A stretch of 64,000 nucleotides of DNA, from positions 47,600,493-47,664,492 of the forward strand of contig NC_069000.1 in the NCBI RefSeq assembly GCF_001194135.2, written 5' to 3'. A program made the position numbers and the translations under genes. The notes beneath the pieces are model-generated. The model was not told the DNA's origin and ran no database searches. It saw nothing but the letters and a program-made list of their open reading frames with translations. Below are positions 1 through 12,000 of this stretch, piece after piece. The DNA is from Octopus bimaculoides. Lineage: Eukaryota. The stretch's first letter is position 1. Each line of letters begins with the position of its first letter.

Positions 1-94
1 ATAAGGTTGAGAAACGCTGTTATAGATTGCCTAACCGAAAACGATCACAGTCACATCATCCAAACAGACCGGGTGAAACCGGGCTTAGCTGCTA

Positions 95-155
<61 letters not shown>

Positions 156-2699
156 CATGCATGCATGCATGACAGGCTTCTTTCAGTTTCAGTCTACCAA
201 ATCTACTCAAGGCTTTTGGTCAACCTGGGTGTATAGTGGAAAACATGTGTCCAGGATACCACCAATAGGACTGAACCCAAAACCATGTGGTTGGGAAAGT
301 AAACTTAATACTCAACCACACCTGATATCGAGATGTGTGTACCTATGCATTGTGTGTTAATACATACAATCAATATTAAGCGTCTGTCTCCTATGATGTC
401 ATCAGTTGGACAGTTTGAGAGGTTCCAAGGAGTCGGAGGACTGTGTCAAACGCCAAATGTCTGCTTCCGGCATAATTTCTACAATTTGATGCCCTTCTTA
501 ATGCCAATCACTTGAGGTTTTTCTTTTTTTCTTTTTCACGGCACTGGCACTAATGAGGTCGTCTTACAACTTGTAAGACTGATAACTGAAAGAGAAGAGA
601 GTGTGATGATTTTTGGTAACAAGATGAGAGGAAAAGATCTATAGTTGTGAGAGGGTGGTGGTGGTGGTGGTGGTGGGGAGAGAGACTTCATACTATTGGC
701 GGGGGTGTATAGTAGAGAAAGGAAAAGGAAAGGCTTGTGAAATGAAGGGTTTGTTAGGCAAGGGGACAAAGTGGGTTGTGTTGACAGGTCCAGGGCTACC
801 TTATGTTATAAAGTAAGTATGGGGGAAAGGGGGACATAAAAGGGAGAAAAAGACAAGATTGGCTGGGAACTAGGTGAGTTATTGAATGGAAGAGGGTGTT
901 GAGGAGGTAGAGAAGCTGGGAAGAGGGAAAGAAGCAGGATTTGTGTGGGAGGAGTATTAGGTGAGTCAGCTCCCAGGCAAGAAAAAGGCTGAAGGAGCCA
1001 TGGAGGTAGGGTGGGGAAGGGGTGTGTGTAGAAGCAGTAAAAGTTTCCCAATTTAAATTGGAAGAGAGGGTGGATAGAGAAAAGAGTAGGGGCGGAGGTG
1101 AATGTAAGAAAGGACTGAAGGCACCCTAGAAGTGTAAGGGGTGGATAGTAAGGTAAAGGTGAGAGTCTGTTGGGTGACAATAGATCTCAGAGAGAGCATG
1201 CTGGCTGGTTGCTCAGCTGGGTAAGAATAATAGGGTGAAGCCTGAGTGTATCTGGGGGAGATTGTATATATAAAGTAGTTGTATGCTGTCAACTTAATGT
1301 GACAGTCCCATGAAAAATTGATATTTATATGTAATTTTCTATAGATATGCTTCAGATGGTGTAGATTCTGATTATATAGGTATATGTGGTGGGGGAAAAA
1401 AAATTCTGAGAGCGGGATGAGGAGTTTCGGAAAATTCACATGAGACAACTTTCTTTATATCAGAATTTAACATGAAAAACAAACAAGAAAAAAGAAAGAA
1501 AGAAATTGCTGGGCTCATATACATATGACACGTCATATATATCTACAAAATGAAACTTGAAATTTCGAAAAAAATTGTGATGTGTGTGTGCTCACTGTTT
1601 TCCTTTTCACATCAAATTCCGATATAATCGTAATTTACGTACCCGGAAAAGTATATGTAGAAAAAATTTCATAAAAAAATACCCATATTTCTGAAAGTTA
1701 GGAGGAAACAAAAGCCAACTCGCACTCGTAGAAAAGTTTTTTTTATCACAAATTATGATATAATCGGTATTTACACCATCTGAAGCGTATTTGTAGAAAA
1801 TTTTATTCAAAAATATCCATTTTTCTGGAAGTTATGAGGCAACAAAGCCGGGGGCACATGTGTAAGCAGGCGCGGTCCCAGGTATTTTTCGAAGGGAATA
1901 CAAGTCCAGGAGATAAGGGCGTAATAACATTATTTAGAAGGGCGCACTTCTTTTCTTCAGGTGGGGCATGTGCCCTTCAGCCCCACCCTCTCTCTTGGGT
2001 CCGCTCCAGGTAGAAATGCTTTGGTTTATATATTTGTAAGGATTTGTTATATTGGCACATGGTCAGACATTTCGAGGTAGAGCTGTATTCAGTCTATGTA
2101 CCCCAGGGACTTAGCTAGTATTTATCGTATTGATTCCCGCCCGACACGCCATGACCCCGAACTCTAGTCTATCGCTTATCTCCCTTGTCTGATAGGAGAC
2201 CGTCTTGTAACGACGCAACCCCCGTTTCGGAGCTTGTTGTCATGTCTGTGCTTTGAGGGATTTAGTTACAGCTTACGTGACAAACCTTGAAATAAGGGTA
2301 AACCAACATGACAACTATTGACAACCAAAATGACAACTATTAACAAAAACCATGTTTTTTCTTAGTTTTATTGCTAATACTCGAGATTAGTTATTATTGT
2401 AGCACCTCGCTTCCTTGTCAGTCGTGATCCAGCAATGCTTTTGATCGAAGGGTTTCCAGTCGTGACCATCCATCTTATAGTCATGCTCACTGTATGTAGA
2501 CAGGAATGTAAATCAAGAAAATTAATGATATAGTACATTATCCGATATTTGTGTGACTTGGAGGAGATATAGCTGTTATTTATACCAAGTCGAGCGAACA
2601 TATCAACTCTACCATCAAATGGTTATTTTGGATGTCTTCCTTTTTTTCCTTATTACTGTTGTTGCATTTGCACATGTCAGAAATTACTTTCATTACATG

Positions 2700-2807
2700 T
2701 TCCAATTCGGTGTCGTGTGTTGGAGATTTTACAATCAATTTATAGTGTTTTGTACTTACCTCTCGAATGTTGCTCGCTTTGTAGTTGGCCTTCAAGTAAA
2801 TGGCCAG
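2700..2807 (+). other. RBCK1: Putative first exon of RBCK1 (5' boundary approximate), ending ATGGCCAG|gtgagt
   Basis: Strong donor AG|GTGAGT at 2808 about 4 kb upstream of the first clear coding exon; ATG at 2800-2802. No transcript evidence. Confidence 0.4.
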
Positions 2808-2880
2808 GTGAGTAAAACAATCTTTTTTGTTCTACTTTTTACAATCTGTGGTGGTTGGTGATGTGTCAGACAGTTTTTTT

Positions 2881-3319
2881 GGTAGAGATGGACTATATGT
2901 AATCTGAACCTTTCCCCCCCCTCATTTATTAATTTTTTTTTTACGGAATCCCACGTTTTAGGCTATGGAGATTCCGATTCTGAAAAAAAAAATTTTTGAA
3001 AAATTTCAATTCCCCCCCCCCCCACCAAGCAGGCTATTTACATGCTAGAAATAACAGCCAAATCTCACAAAACTAGTGTTAGGGTTAGGTTTAGGGTTAG
3101 GGTTAGGGTCAGGGTTAGGGTCAGGGTTTGAGTTAGGGTTAGGTTTACCCTGTGGATCTATATAAAAACCGGGGGGGGGGGATCGAAATTTTGAAATTGA
3201 GATTTTTGAAAAAATTTTTCCAGAATCGGATTCTCCATGGTCTGAAACATAGGATTCCGTAAAAAAAACAAAATTTAAAAGTGGGGGTATACCCAGATTA
3301 CATATACTCCATCTCCACC
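2881..3319. mobile_element. Long-TIR MITE with 8-bp TSD (GTTTTTTT) and internal telomere-like (TTAGGG)n
   Basis: Left arm GGTAGAGATGGACTATATGTAATCTG...TTACGGAATCC...ATGGAGATTCCGATTCTG is mirrored at 3221-3319. TSDs at 2873-2880 and 3320-3327. TTAGGG/TCAGGG units at 3079-3146. Confidence 0.85.
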
Positions 3320-3972
3320 GTTTTTTTTAATGATTATATTATCTAATGTGTCTTTGTGCTTTTAGGAGTTGGTTGTTATTTCTAGCAATCATCGCCATCC
3401 TGTAGCGGGGTCCCTCGTTTTGATGTTTTGTTATTTTATACAGCAACAGGTGCACAATAACGTCGTTGGTAACCTAAGTCAAAGTTCGCTGCATTTTTGA
3501 TGATCAGAGTGAAATGGAAATGTTCGTAACTCGATATAAAACAAACGTTGCTAACAACTTCCAAGACATCGATTCTTATACCAATATACATAAACGAAAG
3601 ATATATTACACACACACACACACACACATACATCTACCGTTTCTGATGTTATTTACTATCTATTTACTAGCCTCCCCCATGAACTCTCTCTCTCTCTCTC
3701 TCACACACACACAATAAAATTAGTTTGTGACTCTAGTTCAGTCTTGGTTGCTTGTAAGAACTTGAAATATTTTTCTTCCTAACCTCATTCCTAGGTTTTC
3801 TGTTTTCCTTAAGTAACACTATATATAAATATTCATATAGAATAATTCCAATGGAATTTGTTAGGTGAAATCTGTGCAAAAAGACACTTGCAATCACCAA
3901 AGTTGTGTGCTGTTAGGTCAGTTTGTTTGTAAGTACTGTATTTATGTGTGCTTGTGTATGCGTGTGTGTAGG

Positions 3973-4014
<42 letters not shown>

Positions 4015-6229
4015 CCTACACACACGCATATATATATATATATATTCTAACCGTTGACAGATAAGGAAAGCTGTTCTCTATTTAGATAGCCACCTGCAAA
4101 TTCTTTTGACTAGGCACAGTTACCTTTCTGCTTTCTTGTTTCCCCTCTCCCTTATCTTTCTTGCGGACCTACAAAATACTGGGGGTTGATGTGTTCTACT
4201 AAGCCTTTACAGGTGGTGCGCCAGCATGGCTGTAATGCAATTACTGAAACAGGTAGGAAGTAAAAACGACATACACATGCGCGCACACATGTATATATAT
4301 ATGTACACACTCAAGCACACTTTACCTCATTTCATAATAAAATCATGGGGGGAGGGGGAGGCACTGTTTCTTGATAAAGCTTGTTTCTGAGAAAATGCTT
4401 ATCTTTGTTTTGTCATAAACTATGGTCATGTATATTTATGTGTGGGGGTTTGTGTAATCTTGCTCAATACTTCTATAACCAATATATCCTTGATTTTGAT
4501 TCCAAAATAAAAGTAGTGTATAGTATTAAAGTAAAATGAGCTGAGAGACCACAACTGAAAAATTTACATAATTCTTAAATAACAACGTATTGTAAAGTTT
4601 GCTCATGGGATTTTCCAAACTCCTGCCCTATTTTCTCAGTATTTTTATCACTTGGGTTTTCCTTTGTTCAGGGAAAAACCCAAGCAGTGAAATATTGAAT
4701 ATCCGTAGAAATCAATCCACTTTTTATTAATTTTTTTTATGTATATAGAACAACTGTAATTTTTTGCTTTCGATTTGTGTTTGGCTGTTTAGTTCGCTCT
4801 CCACTGATTGCTTTGGTGTCTTCATTTCAGAAATATTAATTCTGTACTTAGCCACATCAAAGCATTTCCTTTCTTTGAGACATTTATATACATTCATATA
4901 AATGAAACACATAACTTGTTCTCGTAGCAACAGTCACAGTTACTTATTTATAATCTTTTATCTTGCTGAAGCCAATCCTTAAATTCAGGTTTCGCGCAGT
5001 TCATTTCCTCGTTTAGTGGTTCATCTTATACAAGATTTAGTGACCAAGTGGTCTATCCCTGTAATCAGTTATGTATAAGATTTCTTGAGACATCCATTAC
5101 TAAAGAAGTGGCAACAAGTACAGACTTTACCAGTTGGAAATACATAGTCACGAATCTACACAGGTGGGCAGTGTCTATAACTAATATTGTTGCAATGTCT
5201 TTGTGGACAGGGACTAATTTTGTGAAAGAAGAAAACTATTCATCTGATTTCCTGCAAATGATTTCCTGTAAAGGTACATCAAAAAAATTTTCTAAATTCA
5301 GTTGGTTAGTTTATTAAACATCAATTCCATAAAGCAGAAAGCACGAAGCTAACAGTCTCATTTAATGTCTGTTGATTGAACATTAGGGTTCTTCTTGGTT
5401 GTGTTTCATCTAACTGACCATAATGTTGAGGAATGCTTCTAACCAGAGAATTATAATGATTAAACATTGATAGAGAAGCACTCTCTGATTAAAGATAGAT
5501 TGAGTAGCACTCTCTGACTAAAGACAGGACAGCATTTTCTGACTAAAGATAGCTAGATAGAACGGATGGATGCAAGCATGCTATCAAAACAACTTTACTT
5601 GAATAATTAGACAGTTGTGGATCTTTGATTGTCACTCCCATGGGGGTTATGTATCTGTTCTCTCGATTTATATGCCAACTCTCATAACTGGCAAAAACAC
5701 TCTTGTTCTATGAATTTCTTTGTAGCAACATAAACAACAACAGTTTGTTTTTCTTGGCTCAGAATTCAATTGAGTTGTTTGTAAAACTTTCTGCCATAAG
5801 TTAAAACACAAAGTTACATGGATTCGTACATAACCCAAACAGGGTCACAGGATTGATTTCATAACACCTTGAGAAATCTGACATTCAAGGTGTTTGTGCA
5901 TGTGCTACAGAGGGCTGAATGTGACACCAGGTACAAATTGGTGCAGGGAAGGTTTCTAGCCTTGAATTTGGAAAAAGATTTTCATGAATGAAGCAAAATG
6001 TTAAAAATGGATTGATATGAAACATTTGAAAAACTGGGTCCAAAACTAAAGTTGCTGATCTAAGCTTTGATGCTTCTTGGGAAAGTTTTAGGGATCAGGA
6101 ATTTTTCATTCTGTCAGTAGTAGCTGATGTGATTGTTGATGGTTTAAAAACACCACCACCACCAACAACAGCTTCATGCAGATACGGTTCATTATGGGTT
6201 GTAAGATTACAGAAGATAAACTGGCTCTG

Positions 6230-6560
6230 GGGATTTAAGGGGATTAATAGCAGCAAGGTGCCAGGTTTATACGGTATCCCAATAGAAGTAATGTTGAATA
6301 GTGTAGAACAGTTTCCTCTCCATATTTAATCTGATAACAAACAAGGAACTTCTATACGACGATATTGGATTCACAAAATTCTTGTCCCAATGTAGAAAGG
6401 GCAAAAACCTCTAAATCCATAGTTGATAATTCTAGAATTCTTGTGGCAAGGTTTTATCTAAACTTTCATTGGCAAATGACATTTGCCCCTCAATGCTCAT
6501 TGAAATGCTATCTAGTTTTAAATCAAGGACAGGTACTTGTAATACATAATTTTCTCTACA
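6230..6560 (+). mobile_element. Degraded LINE RT N-terminal region
   Basis: INSSKVPGLYGIPIEV resembles KAPGPDGIP; LVP.*KG remnant. Confidence 0.45.
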
Positions 6561-6725
6561 ATTAGCAAGTGCCTTATATCCAAGTCTTTGTTGATTGAAA
6601 AGAAGGATTTTAATATTGTCAAAAGAGCAGTATTGTGAAAAATTCTTGGAATGTTGGGTTGTTCACCAGATTTTGTGACCATTTTTAAGTGAAGTAATAC
6701 AGAGGATGGAATATGGGGAATCCTC

Positions 6726-6756
<31 letters not shown>

Positions 6757-6812
6757 ATGCTGCTGAAAATTTTGAAGAAACCCAGCTTTTATGTATGATT
6801 TTTGTTTTTCAG

Positions 6813-6991
6813 AGTCATTTGGAAATGAAGGGCCAAGAAAATGAGCCTGGGGCATGTATACTTCAGCTGGAGACAGCCATAACTTCAGGGGATGTTAAAA
6901 CTTCCCAAACTCTTGTTGCTTACCTTGCAAGACAGAAAACATCAGTGAAGATTGAACTTCTTCATAAAGAACCTATCGATACAGAATATCG
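6813..6991 (+). CDS. RBCK1: RBCK1 exon, LUBAC-tethering motif ([33 protein letters not shown])
   Basis: Acceptor tttttgtttttcag at 6812, donor CG|gtcagt (phase 2). The peptide resembles the HOIL-1L/SHARPIN LTM helices. First in-frame ATG is at 6825. Confidence 0.88.
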
Positions 6992-9028
6992 GTCAGTATT
7001 GATTTCAGTTTTTCTTTTTACTTGTAAGTTCGCACATACAGGCAGAGTTAGCTGTGTGGTCAAGATGTTTGCTTTCCAACTATGTTGGGCAAGTATCTTC
7101 TCTCATAGCCTCAGGCAGACCAAAGCCTTGTGAGTGGATTGGTTTACGGAGACTGAAAGAAGCCTATAGTGTGTGTGTGTGGTTGTTTGCCTTGAAATTA
7201 CATGGTTGTTGTAAATGAGTATCACTGTCATGCAAGCAGCACCCTTTCTTCCCTGTGGACCCCTTTTTACTCAAGTGGTCCTTCATAGTCATTCAGTGGT
7301 TAAAAAATCCTAATTTTTACAATTAAATATTACTAGGAATTGAATTTTTAAAATTGTTGAATTACAACCAATTTATTGGAGATAAATGTTAACAACAGAA
7401 TCTTATATGGACTCTCCCTCCACCTGCCAAGGGTCATACGGACCCTAGTTGAGAGTCACTTGTCTAAACAATCCTTAAAACCTTGTTTTTTCTCTATTTC
7501 TGTTATTTCTTAAAAGTTTTTTCAGCATCAAGATTTATATTGAAGACCGAGTCTCTTCAGCGCCGCCTTTTGTGATGAAAATTAATTCCAAGACAACAGT
7601 AAGAGAACTTAAGAGAATGGTAAATTAGTTTTGAGACCATTTCAATTAATGTTTTCATCTCTCGTTATTTTCTACTGCCAGTCACCTTCTCCTTCCTCAC
7701 TCTCTCCCCCTCTCAATCATCCCATCTCATTTTCTCCCACTTTCACTATACCCCTATTACTCCTTATATAAAATTCTTCTCATCTTCCCCTCTGCCCCCC
7801 CCNNNNNNNNNNNNNNNNNNNNNNNNNNNNNNNNNNNNNNNNNNNNNNNNNNNNNNNNNNNNNNNNNNNNNNNNNNNNNNNNNNNNNNNNNNNNNNNNNN
7901 NNNNNNNNNNNNNNNNNNNNNNNNNNNNNNNNNNNNNNNNNNNNNNNNNNNNNNNNNNNNNNNNNNNNNNNNNNNNNNNNNNNNNNNNNNNNNNNNNNNN
8001 NNNNNNNNNNNNNNNNNNNNNNNNNNNNNNNNNNNNNNNNNNNNNNNNNNNNNNNNNNNNNNNNNNNNNNNNNNNNNNNNNNNNNNNNNNNNNNNNNNNN
8101 NNNNNNNNNNNNNNNNNNNNNNNNNNNNNNNNNNNNNNNNNNNNNNNNNNNNNNNNNNNNNNNNNNNNNNNNNNNNNNNNNNNNNNNNNNNNNNNNNNNN
8201 NATATATATATATATATATATACACACAAACATATGCAGGCGTGGCTGTGTGGTAAGAAGTTTGCCTCAGGTTGACCAAAGCCTTGTGAGTGGATTTGGT
8301 AGACAGAAACCGAGAGATATGTCATATATGTGTCTGTGTTTGTCCCCCTATCACCGTTTGATAACTGGTGTTGGTGTGTTTATGTCACTCATAACCTAGC
8401 AGTGCGGTAAAAGACAATGAAGTAGAATAAGTACTAGGCTCATGGAATAAGTGCTGGGGTCAATTTGTTCAACTAAAACCCTTCAGGATAGTACTCCAGC
8501 ATGGCCACAGTCAAATGACTGAAACAAGTAAAAGAATGAATATCTTATAAAATCAAAGCTGTCCATGTCATGTCTTACAGCCTTTGTGGTGTTCACAAAG
8601 TATTGAGCAGCAATTGTAATGCCAGCATTTGCATACCTGGCAGGAATTATCATGATACCGGTCATTCTTTTCCAATATTCAGTTGGCTTCCGGTCCTCCT
8701 TGTCAGCCGACTTTGTTGACTGTTCACTAATACATCAAACTGTTCCTGAAAAAAGGCGACCTAAAAAAATCATCAGATTTAGCCCAAACCCCCTGTATGT
8801 GTATATATGTAAAGCAGATGCTTGGGCAAGTGGATGACAGGTAAGTCTGCAATAAGAAAATGAGAGATGGTGGAGGGAGCGGGGAGGGATGTTAGGAAGA
8901 TGAGTTGCTGGAGAGGGGGGCCTCAACATGAATAATGTATCTTTGGAACTTAATTTCTACTCAGATGAATCTTTTCAAGATCAGCAAATTTCTAATCATA
9001 TTGATCTTTTGTCTTCTCTGTGAGGCTC

Positions 9029-9071
<43 letters not shown>

Positions 9072-12000
9072 TGTATACGTACATTTATTCTGATGCTCAT
9101 GATGATATACAATCATTTCATTTGTTGTCAGTAATCAACTAAGTATGAAGATTTACCTAAATATCTTCATACATTTCCTCCTACATCCCTTGAGCCTTAG
9201 TTTCTTTCTGTGATTCATTGTTTCCCTATTTCTCCCACAGAGTTCCACAATCCCTTTAGATATTACAGTTTCATTGCATGTTACATTATATTCTATTGAT
9301 GCATTGTATACCCATTAAGAGTACATCACTGCTCCTGTTAATTCCATTGACAGTATTTACTACAGGTAAAGTCTCTCCATAAGCATTAAGGTTACCACAT
9401 GTCTCTACTACAGGCAAGTTGTGCACAGATTAAGGGTCTCACACTTAAGAATTTCTATAGAGTTGCTGTAATGTTGCCCCTTATATTTCAATAAATCTTA
9501 CACTAGAATACTTTTCTTCACATTTCCTTGAACAATTTTTGATTTTCTTTTCCATTTTCTAATTGACATTTAGGTCTTCCTCAAACATAACTTACCTGTA
9601 CAAGTCCAGCGGCTAATTGTGTCTCATAAAATTCCCAAAGAGAAGGATGTCTTATCAAAACATGGTGTCAAAGAAGGCAGTAGTGTGTTTATTTACCTCG
9701 TTCCTGCAAATAAAGTTAACCTAACAAAAGAACAAGTTGATAAGGAAAGATGTGCAGCAGCTGAATTACAAAGTAATTAAAACTTTTGTATCTTTGCTGG
9801 TCATAGTTGATGTTTTGTTGCATTTTGTGTTGTTTCTATTTCTTTATTTCACATTACTGTATCTATGTTATTATCAGTGCATGTGTCTGTTAGGTCTTGG
9901 CATGTTTTTTCCTTTCTTTTTTTTTTCTTTTCTTTCATTTTCATACAGCGGGATGTCCTTCCTATCAACTTCTGGACTGTGACTTTTATCAGGCCATCAA
10001 ATATAAGAACAGCTCTCTGCTAGCTGAGGAGTTGCTTCTACATTCGCTGTTTATATTCAGATATTAGTCTTCTAAATGAGTCGTCTTCACTGTAGCTTGC
10101 AAAATTTGCAGCATTGCCCTGGTGGGTTGGTGTTTGTGCTTCTACAGGGTAATGTTCTCCTTTAGGGGCGCATTGAGGTCATTTGTGCTTGTCTCAAATC
10201 AGTCCTGTCTCCTTCTCTGCCTTCCCACTATGCAGTGCCATGGATGGTGTCCCAGAGTCTGTGTCTCTGCTGAACATTACCTTCTGGCAGGTCTGTAAGG
10301 AGGATGTCTTCCAGTGACTTGAAGAATGCATCTGCTTTGGCTGACTGTTGAGTTGCAGTAGCATTGATATGTTGCTTGCCTGGAAGCTTGGTGCAGTGCA
10401 TCATTTTTGGTTGGGGTTTGAGGAGCAAACCAGGAAGTGATCTGTGTCACAGTTAGTGCTCTAAAAAGATTGAGTCAGGAGCATGTTCCTCAGGTGATTG
10501 CGACTGGCAAGGATCAGATCTAGCTGGTGCCACTGCCCTGAGCAAAAATAATGTCAAGAAACCATGTGTGGAGCTTTGGCCTGGAAGTAGGTGTTGGTGA
10601 TACATGGTCAATGAAGCATACAGAGCTCCACTAGCCTTGCTGATCCCATACCATCCCAGACACAACATCCAGAAGTAGTGATCAGCTCCCACTCTGGCAT
10701 TGAAGTCAACAAATAGCACCAGCTGTTCTCAATTTAGGATCACCTGTATTTTCCTAGAGAGCTATTCATAAAACTTATCCTTGTCTTGCATGCAATGGAG
10801 GGTTGGGGAATAAGCACCGACAAAGTTGACAGTCCCATTCTAAAGTGTGCAATCAGAGTGAAAGAATCTCCTCTAAATCATTGCTGCAGAGTTCCACCAA
10901 CTTCAGCAATGACTTTCTTATGATAAAGCCAACACCATGCTCACTGGCTTCATCTATACATTTCCCCTGACAGAAGAAGTTATACACTCTTTCATGGGAG
11001 CCACGTTTCCTGGAGTGCTGCAATGTGCCCTTGAAGTCATAGCAATTTCTGGTTGATCACTGCTGTCTTGTGCACATTGCTGATCTTTGGAAGATTCACT
11101 GACTTACCAGTTGTCTGGTTGACTTCCATTCTCAAATTGGTCAACTTGCAGCTATAACAGAAGACAAGATTTTTGAAGAGAATTTACTAACCCTACCTTT
11201 AACCATCCATTCTTTAATTTGGATTCATCAAGGCCTTCAGCCCTTTTGATACCAATCCACTTAAGACTGTCTTTAAAGGGATCTCAGTTAAAATTCCATC
11301 GTAATTTATGTTCAAATCTTGGCCTTAATGGCAAAAGTTATTTTACTAAATTTATTATTTTCAAAATTAATTTAAAACCAAGGAAGCATATTTTAACTGA
11401 AACATGAAAACAAAAGAGTTAACCCAACATTTTGCTTTCTTTTAATCAAAAGAAAATCTCATTACATCCATTTTTTTCTTTCTTTTTTTTCTCTGTCCAG
11501 TTTGGATGGTTGTTGTCATTAAACTAATTATGTTTTATTGTTGTTAATTTGACCTCCAACATTCAGTTACTACCCAACTGTGTATGTATGAGGGAGTTGA
11601 AGGTAAAAGGATAACAGACCTTGTTTTTAGGGGTGGCCACGACACCCTGGTTGGAGTAAGTTGTATAGTGTTGATCTTCTGGTTAGAAATCCTACACTCT
11701 TCAGAGACATAGGGGTCAGTGAATGGAGATGTAGGGTCAGCAGACACTGGTTGCAGATATAGAGAGTAGTGGATGGAAATAAAGGGGTCAGAGGGAAAGG
11801 GTTGAACATGTAAGATGTGAAGGCAATAAGAAGCAGGTAGGTAGAATTCTTGTTAACTCAGGTGATGGCTACTTTTTCTGTTGATAAACATCAATGTCTG
11901 TTTGCTGTTGAAAACTAAAGATGAGGAGTTCTGCAAGCATTTCAAGTGGTTCCCTTTTGTTGTACAAAAGGAACCTGAAAATCCAGAAATCATTTATTAC

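Noticed and set aside
1424-1444. Hammerhead-like remnant on the - strand (CTCATGT...CGAAAC)
   Set aside because: Two core mismatches, and no credible stem I, stem III or cleavage triplet.
4651-4684. Hairpin CTTGGGTTTTCC...GGAAAAACCCAAG with an apparent acceptor
   Set aside because: The frame from the candidate exon 1 hits TGA; the short stem is unremarkable in repeat-rich DNA.
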